This document shows positions 1 through 9,427 of a stretch of 64,000 bases of DNA, one piece after another. The notes beneath the pieces are model-generated. The model was not told the DNA's origin. It made no database searches and saw nothing but the letters and a program-made list of their open reading frames with translations. The position numbers and the translations under genes were made by a program. Every line of letters starts with the position of its first letter. The first letter of the stretch is position 1. The stretch is from a virus (taxonomy: Duplodnaviria > Caudoviricetes): positions 1 to 64,000 of the IMG/VR virus record IMGVR_UViG_3300013121_000029; one strand, given 5' to 3'.

Positions 1-12
1 GATGAACGATTT

Positions 13-963
13 ATGAAGTTTAAAGATCGGACAGCGCATGTTGAGGAAGTTTGTTCTAATGTTTCATTTACAAAACAAGTGTTAGATAAATTATTACCAC
101 CAACGAGAGCATTAGTGGGTGTTCAACCTATTCCTGCTCCAGTTGGGTTATGTTATTATATGTCTCGTGGTGGAAGAACAACAGGACCTGATGGTATTCA
201 TAGAATGAGTCTCCAAGTGTTGTCTACCCCAACGGATGCATGTTCAAGAAAACTTCAACTACAATTCGCTCTTGAGCAAATGAAAGATTTAGGAACAGTG
301 CATGGTGTCGACGTCGCACATGAAATTGAGCAAATAATGTCTGTGCAAGTTGTTAATGAATTGTTTAATGAGATTGTTAATATAATTGAGAATAAAGTAA
401 GCGTTCAGAAAGAGTTTTCTTGTACATTGGGTCTTGATATGACTCCAAACCTTCCTTTAATAACTTTATTGAAACAAGTAAAACAACAAATAGGACTTAA
501 CACACGAGCGGGTTCGGGAAATGTCTTGGTAGTACAAAGCGCAGAAGTCTATGCAATACTTAGTAACTTATCTCAACAATTTCCGACTGTAAAAGAATTG
601 TTTACTCTTACGCCTTTTACGGAATTAAATGTTGAAATACCATGTATTGCATCAACGCCAGATTCAAACACGATTGTAATTACTCAGTTTGTCAATAAAC
701 ATGAGCTTATAATCGGTTACAAGGGCACAAACGGTGAAACAGATGCAGGATTATTCTATGCACCTTATAAACCTTGTCAGAAATTACCTGTTGTAGTTGA
801 TCCTGACACCTTTAGACCTGTTCAACAATTTGTTACTAGATTTGGTACTGTTGAAAACGATATTGAAAGCTATTATACTAGAGTAAAAATATTAGGAGTC
901 GAAAATGAAAATGTTAGATGTAATAACGAGTGCGACTGCGACTCCAAAAATAATTGCTCTTGA
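13..963 (+). CDS. T4 gp23/gp24-like capsid-family protein (short paralog)
   Basis: VGVQPI..PVGL.YY near N-term; C-terminal GYKGTNGETDAGLFYAPY...DPDTFRPVQQFVTRFG resembles the gp23 C-terminal signature. Confidence 0.75.
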   Translation: MKFKDRTAHVEEVCSNVSFTKQVLDKLLPPTRALVGVQPIPAPVGLCYYMSRGGRTTGPDGIHRMSLQVLSTPTDACSRKLQLQFALEQMKDLGTVHGVDVAHEIEQIMSVQVVNELFNEIVNIIENKVSVQKEFSCTLGLDMTPNLPLITLLKQVKQQIGLNTRAGSGNVLVVQSAEVYAILSNLSQQFPTVKELFTLTPFTELNVEIPCIASTPDSNTIVITQFVNKHELIIGYKGTNGETDAGLFYAPYKPCQKLPVVVDPDTFRPVQQFVTRFGTVENDIESYYTRVKILGVENENVRCNNECDCDSKNNCS

Positions 964-1420
964 TATGGATGGAGTTCTTGCGGACTTCGATTTAGGGGTG
1001 GAATACTTATTGGGAGCACCGAGATCCTCATTTTCAAAAGACGAATTAGATAACAAGATCAACTCTCTCCTCATGAGAGGACATGCTGTATATAATACCT
1101 TTCCTCAAATGAAAGATGCAAAAGAACTTTGGGAATACTGTTCTAAATATGATCCTTTTATTCTCACAGCAACAGGTCACGAATATCCTGAAGTAGCAGG
1201 TGACCAGAAGCGTGAATGGATTGAAGAGAATTTTCCATATAAGTTAACTGTTATAACTGTTCCACATAGTCATTTAAAGGCTAATTATGCTACTCCTAAT
1301 AGAATTTTAATTGATGATAGAGAAAAATCAATTATTCCATGGCGAGAAGCAGGGGGAGTTGGAATTTTACACAAGAATGCAAAAGATACTATTGCTCAAT
1401 TAAAAGAGCTTGGCTTATAA
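905..1420 (+). CDS. HAD-family 5'(3')-deoxyribonucleotidase
   Basis: DMDGVLADF motif I, ILTA, LIDDR motif; AGGAG upstream. Confidence 0.85.
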   Translation: MKMLDVITSATATPKIIALDMDGVLADFDLGVEYLLGAPRSSFSKDELDNKINSLLMRGHAVYNTFPQMKDAKELWEYCSKYDPFILTATGHEYPEVAGDQKREWIEENFPYKLTVITVPHSHLKANYATPNRILIDDREKSIIPWREAGGVGILHKNAKDTIAQLKELGL

Positions 1421-1444
1421 ATAAACATAAAGATAGATACCTAT

Positions 1445-2026
1445 ATGACACAACATCCTTTAGTTTTAGCACTTGACGTAGCTGGAAACCCATTCAAATG
1501 GATTGATTATGAAGAAGCCACCCTGGCATATTGTAAAGATCTTGTTGCTTGGGATTTAGGCAACGACGAACATTTTACGATTCATGGTGGTATTCAAAAA
1601 GCTACAGGTAATCAATCTAAATTAAAAGTTAGTAGCATTATTGCCATTAAAGGATTAAAAATCAGCAATGTGCGTTCTTACAATACTCCACCATTAACTA
1701 ACAAATCGTTGTTCAAACGTGATCACAACTTATGTGCATATTGTGGTGAGCAATATGCGTTTCCCATATTAACACGTGATCACGTTAAACCGAGAGCACA
1801 AGGCGGAGCTGATGTTTGGACAAACGTTGTAACAGCATGTGGTCCTTGCAATCGTCATAAAGACGATAGGACTCCAGAGGAAGCAGGAATGGAATTGTTG
1901 TATGTTCCTTATGTCCCTAATCGTTGTTGTTATTTAATATTACAAAATAAAAATATATTACAATGTCAAATGGATTTTTTACAGTCTAAATCAAATTTTA
2001 AACAACATCCTTTAAAAAAGAATTAG
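1445..2026 (+). CDS. HNH endonuclease (McrA-like)
   Basis: RDHNLCAYCG...TRDHVKPRAQGG..WTNVVTACGPCN..K. Confidence 0.9.
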   Translation: MTQHPLVLALDVAGNPFKWIDYEEATLAYCKDLVAWDLGNDEHFTIHGGIQKATGNQSKLKVSSIIAIKGLKISNVRSYNTPPLTNKSLFKRDHNLCAYCGEQYAFPILTRDHVKPRAQGGADVWTNVVTACGPCNRHKDDRTPEEAGMELLYVPYVPNRCCYLILQNKNILQCQMDFLQSKSNFKQHPLKKN

Positions 2027-2149
2027 GTGCTCAGTAATTACTTTGCTCTTCATGTTTTTATATATTGTATTTTCATAAGTAAATTTGTCTTTGTGTATTT
2101 CTTGCGATCTAGTAATAAACATTTCTGTTGTTAAACGTTTTGTGGACAT
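2012..2149 (-). pseudogene. truncated remnant of a DUF723-repeat homing endonuclease (45 aa)
   Basis: Manual translation MSTKRLTTEMFITRSQEIHKDKFTYENTIYKNMKSKVITEHLILF* matches the first repeat of 23892..24851 and 53163..53903, then stops. Confidence 0.6.
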
Positions 2150-2265
2150 GATTCGATCTCTGTATATTATTAGTATACTTTCCTTATTATTTATGTATTA
2201 AGTTTGATATTGTCAAGATTGAATTGAGTTGACGATAAATACACGCATACTATTTGGTAAATAAT

Positions 2266-3126
2266 ATGCGTGTATCCGATTTATTAGAAAACGTTGCAGA
2301 CAATGCACAATTAGTGCCAACAGAAGTCGAGGAAGTTCCTGTCGTTGTTGGTAGAATATATGTTTTCGATCCGATTAATATTAAGGATGTAGATGAAGAA
2401 TTACATTCTATCCTCACAGTATATTCTCAAAACGAAGATGAAATTAAACCTTATTCCATAAATGTTATGGATCCTATCATTTTCAAAGTAATTAGATTAG
2501 ATACCCCTGTCGAAGATACTAAAATTGTTCGGGTTCAAATTCTTTCAGATGTGGATTTACAAATTACCAAGTATGATATTAAGAAGAATCGTATTGTTCG
2601 TGATTTGAGAGGAAATCCATACACATTAAAATTAAAGCAATTACCAGACTTTGTTAATTTGGATTTAATTTCAGATGAGACGTTTGAATCAACATACGGA
2701 CGTCGTAGAAAACCGTATGAACATGGTTTAGTTGGTTATTTGTATCTCGATCATACACCAATTCCAATTGAAGAATACGACGAAGAGGGAGAATTAGAAT
2801 CAGAATTTGTGACAGGTTATGACGTCAAACGTCATTTATCCACAACAGGTTCAGCAGTTAAACATCGTAGTTTAGGTAAACCAAAAGGGCGTGGTGATTT
2901 ACTTCATCATAATGCAGCAATCAAACGTTACAATCAAATGACAGATTCAGAGCATCATGAAACAAGCAAAATGCAACAAGCAATTGCTTTATATAAGAGT
3001 AATTTAGCATTACCACGTGTAGCTGTTATTAAATTAATGATGTCACGTTTAAATATGACAAGAGCTGGTGCTTCAAGTTATTATACTAAAGCAATGCATG
3101 CAGTCGAAGATGAGAAGGACGAATAA
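2266..3126 (+). CDS. hypothetical protein
   Basis: Long ORF after TAAATA (~2237); start MRVSDLLEN. Confidence 0.7.
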   Translation: MRVSDLLENVADNAQLVPTEVEEVPVVVGRIYVFDPINIKDVDEELHSILTVYSQNEDEIKPYSINVMDPIIFKVIRLDTPVEDTKIVRVQILSDVDLQITKYDIKKNRIVRDLRGNPYTLKLKQLPDFVNLDLISDETFESTYGRRRKPYEHGLVGYLYLDHTPIPIEEYDEEGELESEFVTGYDVKRHLSTTGSAVKHRSLGKPKGRGDLLHHNAAIKRYNQMTDSEHHETSKMQQAIALYKSNLALPRVAVIKLMMSRLNMTRAGASSYYTKAMHAVEDEKDE

Positions 3127-3128
3127 AC

Positions 3129-3530
3129 ATGTTTTTGATTGAATTAAAGCAAACAGGAATATTGGAATTATTACATCAAATTAACGATGCTTTTAATACT
3201 AATGATGTGTTGCAGAAAGAAACTGCAGCACGATATTTGTCATTTTTAATGACCTATCGTGATTTCGATTTCCACTTCAAAGATAAAGAATACAATCCAA
3301 TGCTTCCAATTGAATATTTTTTACGTCCTGGTGTAGAAACATCTATTGCAGCTCTTGAACAATTTGCAAAAGCTGTAAGCGATGACAAATCCATTGACAA
3401 GCGTGTATTACGTTACACACAACGATTTATGGATGAACAAAATGGTAAGCAACAATTTCATTATCAATTAACGAAATTACAAGATTATTTTAAGAGACGT
3501 TTTGAAGAAACACAAAATGAAACTAAGTGA
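3129..3530 (+). CDS. hypothetical protein
   Basis: Tightly packed ORF in operon. Confidence 0.65.
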   Translation: MFLIELKQTGILELLHQINDAFNTNDVLQKETAARYLSFLMTYRDFDFHFKDKEYNPMLPIEYFLRPGVETSIAALEQFAKAVSDDKSIDKRVLRYTQRFMDEQNGKQQFHYQLTKLQDYFKRRFEETQNETK

Positions 3531-4038
3531 CTTACTTATTGAATCCGACCATGCACATATATATGAATGGTGCAAGAAATATGACATTACAAATTATGTC
3601 ATTGGCAAACATAGTGGACTCGTTCACGTACAAGGAAATGTGGATTTATCAAATAAAGGATTAACCTCCTTTGGTGTTAAATTTGGTACTATCGAAGGTA
3701 ATTTTTTGTGTCATAATAACAAATTAACATCACTTGAAGGTGCTCCTAAACACGTTGAAGGTAATTTCCATTGTGATAATAATAAGTTAGTATCGTTACA
3801 AGGTATACCGAAATCGATAGGAGGATTTGTGGATTTATCAAATAATCAATTAACATCACTTGAAGGTGTACCAAAAACAATATATGGTAGTTTTTATTGT
3901 GATCGTAACAAGTTAACGTCACTCGAATTTGCTCCTACTGAGGTAAATGGTAGTTTTTATTGTGACGGCAATAGAACAGCATTTACCAAAGAAGATGTAA
4001 AAAAAGTATGCAATGTGAAGGGGTCAATAAGTGTATAA
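3517..4038 (+). CDS. LRR-like repeat protein, type A copy 1
   Basis: 22-aa repeats GxFxCxxNxLTSLEGxPxxV; N-terminus nearly identical to 21757..22293, which fixes the start at 3517. Confidence 0.85.
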   Translation: MKLSDLLIESDHAHIYEWCKKYDITNYVIGKHSGLVHVQGNVDLSNKGLTSFGVKFGTIEGNFLCHNNKLTSLEGAPKHVEGNFHCDNNKLVSLQGIPKSIGGFVDLSNNQLTSLEGVPKTIYGSFYCDRNKLTSLEFAPTEVNGSFYCDGNRTAFTKEDVKKVCNVKGSISV

Positions 4039-4291
4039 ACAAACTATTCAAATTGGAGCGATTGTATTATCTTTTATTGATAATAAAGATTGGGATGGTT
4101 TAGAAAAGTTTATTAGTTATGTTGATGTGTGTTATGAAGAACCTGAAACACTAGTTTGGATATTAGTCTTAGCAAGTCCTCACCGTCATAAATTTAATAA
4201 TTGGTACTCCTTTAGATATGTTGTATTAGATGAATTAATGCAACGACAGATTCCCACCTATACCTTTCATTCTTTAATAACAATTCCTTAA
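4031..4291 (+). CDS. hypothetical protein
   Basis: GTG-start ORF overlapping the previous gene end. Confidence 0.55.
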   Translation: MYKQTIQIGAIVLSFIDNKDWDGLEKFISYVDVCYEEPETLVWILVLASPHRHKFNNWYSFRYVVLDELMQRQIPTYTFHSLITIP

Positions 4292-4299
4292 AAATCTCG

Positions 4300-4328
4300 T
4301 TGACATTTAGTATTTTCTGATGTATTAT
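4300..4328 (+). promoter_or_regulatory. sigma70-type promoter
   Basis: TTGACA-N17-TATTAT. Confidence 0.8.
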
Positions 4329-4362
4329 ATTCTTAATTCTTAATTCTTAATTCTTAATTCTT
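4329..4362 (+). repeat. tandem heptamer (ATTCTTA) x ~5 in a 5' leader
   Basis: attcttaattcttaattcttaattcttaattctt between the -10 box and AAGGAG. Confidence 0.9.
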
Positions 4363-4375
4363 TAAGGAGTATAAT

Positions 4376-4612
4376 ATGATTGCAGAAACAGAAACAGTAG
4401 ACTCAGCAGAAACAGGTGGCGGTCAGGCCTCCCAACCATCAAAACAACCTTCACTAATGCGAGCATATTCAAGACGTGAGATGCGTCGAATGCTAGCACA
4501 GGTGAAAAGAATGAGAAATCCAAAACGTGGTACGACCAAACCTCTTCATAATCAAGCAAAGAAGAAAACAAAACGTCTTCAACAAAAACTATCAAGAAAG
4601 GCCAACAGATGA
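4376..4612 (+). CDS. small basic protein
   Basis: AAGGAG RBS; K/R-rich C-terminal half. Confidence 0.7.
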   Translation: MIAETETVDSAETGGGQASQPSKQPSLMRAYSRREMRRMLAQVKRMRNPKRGTTKPLHNQAKKKTKRLQQKLSRKANR

Positions 4613-5082
4613 TTATAGATTCTTTCTTTGGAAAGTATAGATTTTTATCTAATTTTTATCCTTGTTTTGTGCGTGATGATATGGGATTATCATACGTATC
4701 GGTAGAACATGCATATCAAGCTAACAAATCATTAGATATCAAGGAAAGAATACAATTTGTATCTACTGCTAAAGGATGCATATCAGCATCAGAAGCCAAG
4801 CAACTTGGTAAGACAGTAAAGATGCGTCCAGACTTTAATCACATTAAAGTTGGAATTATGGAAGAGTTTGTTCGTCAAAAATTTCGTGATCCTAAATTAC
4901 GTTTAAAACTACTTGAAACAAAGTCCGCAGAATTGATTGAAGGAAATACATGGGGAGATACTTTTTGGGGAGTTTGTGACGGAAAAGGACAGAACCATTT
5001 AGGGAAAATTCTTATGAAAGTAAGAGATGAGATTAAAAAAGAATATCAATTGCAAGATATATTTGAGGTTAACAATGACTGA
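4609..5082 (+). CDS. NADAR (YbiA-like) family protein
   Basis: FLSNFY, SVEHAYQA.K, LIEGNTWGDTFWG, GQNHLGKILM..R. Confidence 0.92.
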   Translation: MIIDSFFGKYRFLSNFYPCFVRDDMGLSYVSVEHAYQANKSLDIKERIQFVSTAKGCISASEAKQLGKTVKMRPDFNHIKVGIMEEFVRQKFRDPKLRLKLLETKSAELIEGNTWGDTFWGVCDGKGQNHLGKILMKVRDEIKKEYQLQDIFEVNND

Positions 5083-5698
5083 AACAACAATTACATTTGA
5101 AACATTACAACAATTTGTGCCGTTGGCTCTTCGCACAGAATCCCCTAATGGTGATTTTAAGTCCCCAAGATTCTTATTAGAAGAAGCATTAAAAGCATAC
5201 ATTGCAGCAGGAAATATGATCGATCAAATTAAGAAGCATGCATTTTATGGTTCAAAATTTGATCTTCCGAAATATGAATTTACTCTTAAACAACTGAGCG
5301 ATCAGTTGCTCCATGCAGCAGTTCGTATTTCTTATTTGGATCAAATAACCAATGATCCAAACGGACAACTTGATACTACTTTTGTAGCTGTAAATCCAAG
5401 AATTGCGCATTCTTTAATTGGAGCTGTTACAGAATCGACTGAATTAGCACAAGCCTTTTTGAAATATTTACAAACAGGTGAAGTTGATTATGTAAACATT
5501 TCTGAAGAGTTTGCTGATGCTTTTTGGTACTATGCTATTTTTGTTGATGAAGCAAAGATTGATCCAATGCAGCCTCTTATTAACGTAATTAACAAATTGC
5601 GTAAGCGTTATCCAGAGAAATTTGAACAATTTTTAGCTGAACATCGTGATTTGTTGAGTGAACGTTCGATTTTAACAACAAATATTAATAATGATTGA
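5075..5698 (+). CDS. MazG-like NTP pyrophosphohydrolase
   Basis: ALRTES, TESTEL, EEFADAFWY, NKLRKRYP; GAGG before ATG at 5075. Confidence 0.75.
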   Translation: MTETTITFETLQQFVPLALRTESPNGDFKSPRFLLEEALKAYIAAGNMIDQIKKHAFYGSKFDLPKYEFTLKQLSDQLLHAAVRISYLDQITNDPNGQLDTTFVAVNPRIAHSLIGAVTESTELAQAFLKYLQTGEVDYVNISEEFADAFWYYAIFVDEAKIDPMQPLINVINKLRKRYPEKFEQFLAEHRDLLSERSILTTNINND

Positions 5699-7331
5699 AG
5701 AATTAAAATTACACAATATAATTTTATCAAATAATAAAATTAATCCTAGTTATAATAAAATCATAACACCAACGATTATAGAACAAATCGTTGGTGTTAC
5801 TTCGTTCTTACCAATTACTGCTTCGATTACAGAACGGTTATATTGTATTCTTAATAATATTGATATATTACCGCTTTGCTTAACTTGTAACAATAAAGTT
5901 ATTTTCGTTGATAGTTCAGTAGGATATAGAAAGTTTTGTAGTAAAAAATGTGCAGCCCGACATCCTTCAGTTAACCAGAAACGTAAAACACAGATTAAAG
6001 AGACTAATATTAAGAAATATGGTACAGAACATTATTTTCAAACGGAAGACTTTAAGAGCAAAAAAGAAATAAGTTTACATGAACATTATGGTACTACTAA
6101 TATTATGCAAAATTTGGATATTTTAGAAAAAAGATCACAAACTAATGTAGAGAAATATGGTACTTTGTCACCTTTACAACATGAAGAGACAAAGAAAAAA
6201 ACTCAGAAAACTAATTTAGAGAAATATGGAACCGTGCATGCTTCCTCTTCAGACATGGTTAAACAGAAAGTTAAACAGACGTTTCGTAGAAAGTATAGTT
6301 GCGAACAAAATCAACTTCATATATCCCCTGAAAGCTTAAAGTGTTTATCTGATGAACAAACATTATATACATTGCATCATGTTGAAGAAAAGTCTTTAAC
6401 AGAAATCGCGTCTATGTTAAATGTGGATGTTAATACAGTATGTTCATATTTTAAAACTTTCAGAATAGAAATTAAAAGATTTCAACATTCGTCACTTGAA
6501 CACAAATTATTAACAGATTTACAAGCATTAAATTTACGTGTGGAATCAAATAACAGACAAATAATTGCTCCACAAGAACTAGACATAATAATACCAGAAT
6601 ATAAATTAGCAATTGAAATATGTGGATTGTATTGGCATAATGAGTTAAATGTTGATTCGTATTATCATTTAATTAAATTAAAAAGAACAAACGCAGCAGG
6701 ATATTCTCTATTAACAATATTTGAAGATGAAATAAAATACAAATATGATATTGTTTTAAATACGATCAAACATAAATGTGGATTAAATAATGTTCGAATT
6801 TTTGCTCGCAATACTCAAGTAGTTGATATACACGACAAACAAGTAAAGGAGAGGTTTTTCACCAAATATCATATTCAAGGGAATGGACCAGGAAGTGTTA
6901 CTTATGGATTATATTATGATAATAATATAGTTGCAATGATGACATTTATTGTGAGTAAAAATAACGCAATTTTAAATAGGTATGCAACTAGCAGTAATGT
7001 AGTGGGTGGATTTTCGAAATTACTTACTCATGCTGAGAAACATTTAACAGTTACACACATCGAGACATTTGCTGATTTAAGGTGGAGCAGTGGAGATTTA
7101 TATGAAAAAAACGGATTTGTGTTAGATAATATTCTTTCTCCTGATTATATGTATGTAATTGGAGACAAAACTTTTCATAAATTTAATTTCAGACATAAGT
7201 TTTTACCCACAAAATTAAAAAAATATGATGCTACGCTATCAGAACATCAAAATTGTTTGAATAATAGAATTTACAGAATTTATAATTGTGGATTAAAAAA
7301 ATACAGAAAAACAGTTGACTTAACGATTTAA
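5691..7331 (+). CDS. Hef-like free-standing homing endonuclease (KYG repeats + PD-(D/E)xK-type domain)
   Basis: CxxC, FCSKKC, TNxxKYG repeats, ELDIIIPEYKLAIEICGLYWH, FADLRWS.G, RIYNCG. Confidence 0.8.
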   Translation: MIEELKLHNIILSNNKINPSYNKIITPTIIEQIVGVTSFLPITASITERLYCILNNIDILPLCLTCNNKVIFVDSSVGYRKFCSKKCAARHPSVNQKRKTQIKETNIKKYGTEHYFQTEDFKSKKEISLHEHYGTTNIMQNLDILEKRSQTNVEKYGTLSPLQHEETKKKTQKTNLEKYGTVHASSSDMVKQKVKQTFRRKYSCEQNQLHISPESLKCLSDEQTLYTLHHVEEKSLTEIASMLNVDVNTVCSYFKTFRIEIKRFQHSSLEHKLLTDLQALNLRVESNNRQIIAPQELDIIIPEYKLAIEICGLYWHNELNVDSYYHLIKLKRTNAAGYSLLTIFEDEIKYKYDIVLNTIKHKCGLNNVRIFARNTQVVDIHDKQVKERFFTKYHIQGNGPGSVTYGLYYDNNIVAMMTFIVSKNNAILNRYATSSNVVGGFSKLLTHAEKHLTVTHIETFADLRWSSGDLYEKNGFVLDNILSPDYMYVIGDKTFHKFNFRHKFLPTKLKKYDATLSEHQNCLNNRIYRIYNCGLKKYRKTVDLTI

Positions 7332-7343
7332 ACATACTATAAT
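7315..7343 (+). promoter_or_regulatory. sigma70-type promoter
   Basis: TTGACT-N17-TATAAT. Confidence 0.8.
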
Positions 7344-7374
7344 ATACTTACAACATTGAAAAAGAGGATGTAAT

Positions 7375-9333
7375 ATGACAAACAATGTTTTAGAACTGTT
7401 CGTAAAAAATTATAAACACAACGATCCTACAGAAATGTCTCTGCAGCAATTCTTAGAGGAATGTAAAAACAATCCTCTTGCATATGCAACTGCAGCAGAA
7501 CGCATGATAAATGCTATCGGTGAACCAGAAGTAGTAGACACATCAAAAGATCCACGATTAAGTCGCATCTTTCTTAATCGTAAACTTAAACGATATGCTG
7601 CATTTAAGGATTTTTATGGGATTGAAGAAGCAGTTGAGCAAATAGTTAATTATTTTAAATTCTCGAGTCAGGGACTTGAGGAAAGAAAACAAATTCTTTA
7701 CTTACTCGGTCCAGTCGGTTCTTCTAAATCGAGTGTGGCTGAAAAACTTAAAGAGTTAATGGAACAGCATCCGATTTACGTGTTAAAGGCAAAAAATGCC
7801 GAAACAGGCGAAGACGAAATTTCACCTATATTTGAGTCTCCTTTGGGTTTATTTGATAAAGAAACGTTTGGATCAGTGTTACAAGAACAATATAGAATTC
7901 CAGAACGATATTTAACTAATATTATTTCACCTTGGGCCGTTAAACGTCTCAAGGAATTTAAAGGCGATGTTAGCAAATTTGCGGTAATGAAGCTTTGGCC
8001 TTCGAGATTAAATCAAATTGCAGTAACAAAAGCAGAACCTGGTGACGAAAATAATCAAGATATTTCTAACTTAGTTGGTAAAGTTGATATCCGTAAGTTG
8101 GAACTCTTCTCGCAAGATGACCCTGATGCGTATAGTTATTCAGGTGGTTTAAACGTAGCAACACAAGGCATGTTAGAATTTGTCGAGATGTTCAAAGCTC
8201 CTATCAAAATGTTGCACCCTCTGTTGACAGCAACACAAGAAGGTAACTATAATGGTACTCAAGGATTTGGGGCTATGCCTTTCCAAGGAATTATTCTTGC
8301 TCACTCAAACGAAAGTGAGTGGGAATCATTCAGAAACAATAAGCGTAACGAAGCGTTCCTCGATCGTGTATGTGTTGTTAAAGTACCTTATTGTTTAAGA
8401 GTGGATGAAGAAGTAATGATTTACAAAAAGTTACTTAAAAATTCACAATTAGCAGAAGCTCCAATTGCTCCTGGTACTCTTGAAATGATGGCTCAGTTTT
8501 CTGTATTGACAAGATTATTTGAACCTGAGAATAGTAGCATTTACTCTAAAATGAGAATCTACAATGGTGAGAATCTTAAAGACACAGATCCTAAAGCAAA
8601 GTCAATTCAAGAATATCGTGATGCAGCAGGCGTTACTGAAGGAATGACAGGTTCAAGTACACGTTTCGCGTACAAAATCTTGTCAAAAACGTTCAACTTT
8701 GATAGTGAGGAAGTAGCTGCAAACCCAATTCACTTGATGTATACTCTTGAGAAAGCATTGGAGCAAGAACAACTTGAGAAATCGAAATATGAAACATATA
8801 TCAATTTCATCAGACGTTATCTTGCAGTTCGATATGCAGAGTTTATTGGGGAAGAGTTACAGAAAGCATATTTGGAATCGTATAATGAATATGGACAGAA
8901 TTTGTTCGATCGTTATATCACGTATGCTGATTACTGGATTCAGGATCAAGACTATCGTGATCCTGACACTGGTGAACAATTCAATCGTAAAGCATTGAAT
9001 GAAGAATTGGAGAAGATCGAGAAAGCAGCTGGTATCGCAAATCCGAAAGATTATCGTTCTGAATGTGTCAACTTCGTATTGCGTGCAAGGGCGAATAACG
9101 GTGGTAAGAATGTTGATTGGAGATCATTTGAGAAGTTACGTCAAACGATTGAGAAGAAAATGTTCGGTTCGACAGAAGAATTGCTCCCTGTTATTTCGTT
9201 TGGAGCCAAGAAGAACTCTGATGAAGAGAAGAAACACAGTGACTTTATCGACCGCATGAAAGATAGAGGATACACTGAGAAACAAATCAGAATCATGGTT
9301 GACTGGTACCAGCGTTATAAGAAGAGTAACTAA
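7375..9333 (+). CDS. prkA: PrkA/YeaG family AAA+ serine protein kinase
   Basis: GLEERKQILYLLGPVGSSKS, EPGDENNQDIS.LVGKVDIR, EFVEMFKAPIK.LHPLL, NEAFLDR. Confidence 0.96.
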   Translation: MTNNVLELFVKNYKHNDPTEMSLQQFLEECKNNPLAYATAAERMINAIGEPEVVDTSKDPRLSRIFLNRKLKRYAAFKDFYGIEEAVEQIVNYFKFSSQGLEERKQILYLLGPVGSSKSSVAEKLKELMEQHPIYVLKAKNAETGEDEISPIFESPLGLFDKETFGSVLQEQYRIPERYLTNIISPWAVKRLKEFKGDVSKFAVMKLWPSRLNQIAVTKAEPGDENNQDISNLVGKVDIRKLELFSQDDPDAYSYSGGLNVATQGMLEFVEMFKAPIKMLHPLLTATQEGNYNGTQGFGAMPFQGIILAHSNESEWESFRNNKRNEAFLDRVCVVKVPYCLRVDEEVMIYKKLLKNSQLAEAPIAPGTLEMMAQFSVLTRLFEPENSSIYSKMRIYNGENLKDTDPKAKSIQEYRDAAGVTEGMTGSSTRFAYKILSKTFNFDSEEVAANPIHLMYTLEKALEQEQLEKSKYETYINFIRRYLAVRYAEFIGEELQKAYLESYNEYGQNLFDRYITYADYWIQDQDYRDPDTGEQFNRKALNEELEKIEKAAGIANPKDYRSECVNFVLRARANNGGKNVDWRSFEKLRQTIEKKMFGSTEELLPVISFGAKKNSDEEKKHSDFIDRMKDRGYTEKQIRIMVDWYQRYKKSN

Positions 9334-9338
9334 AAAAG

Positions 9339-9362
9339 AAAAGGGCCGCAAGGCCCTTTTTT
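9339..9362 (+). terminator. Rho-independent terminator
   Basis: AAAAGGGCC-GCAA-GGCCCTTTTTT. Confidence 0.85.
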
Positions 9363-9369
9363 ATTACAG

Positions 9370-9398
9370 TTGACTTTCAGTTTAACATTCTGTATAAT
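9370..9398 (+). promoter_or_regulatory. sigma70-type promoter
   Basis: TTGACT-N17-TATAAT. Confidence 0.8.
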
Positions 9399-9427
9399 AA
9401 GAATATATCAGTCGGAGAACCTTTTAC

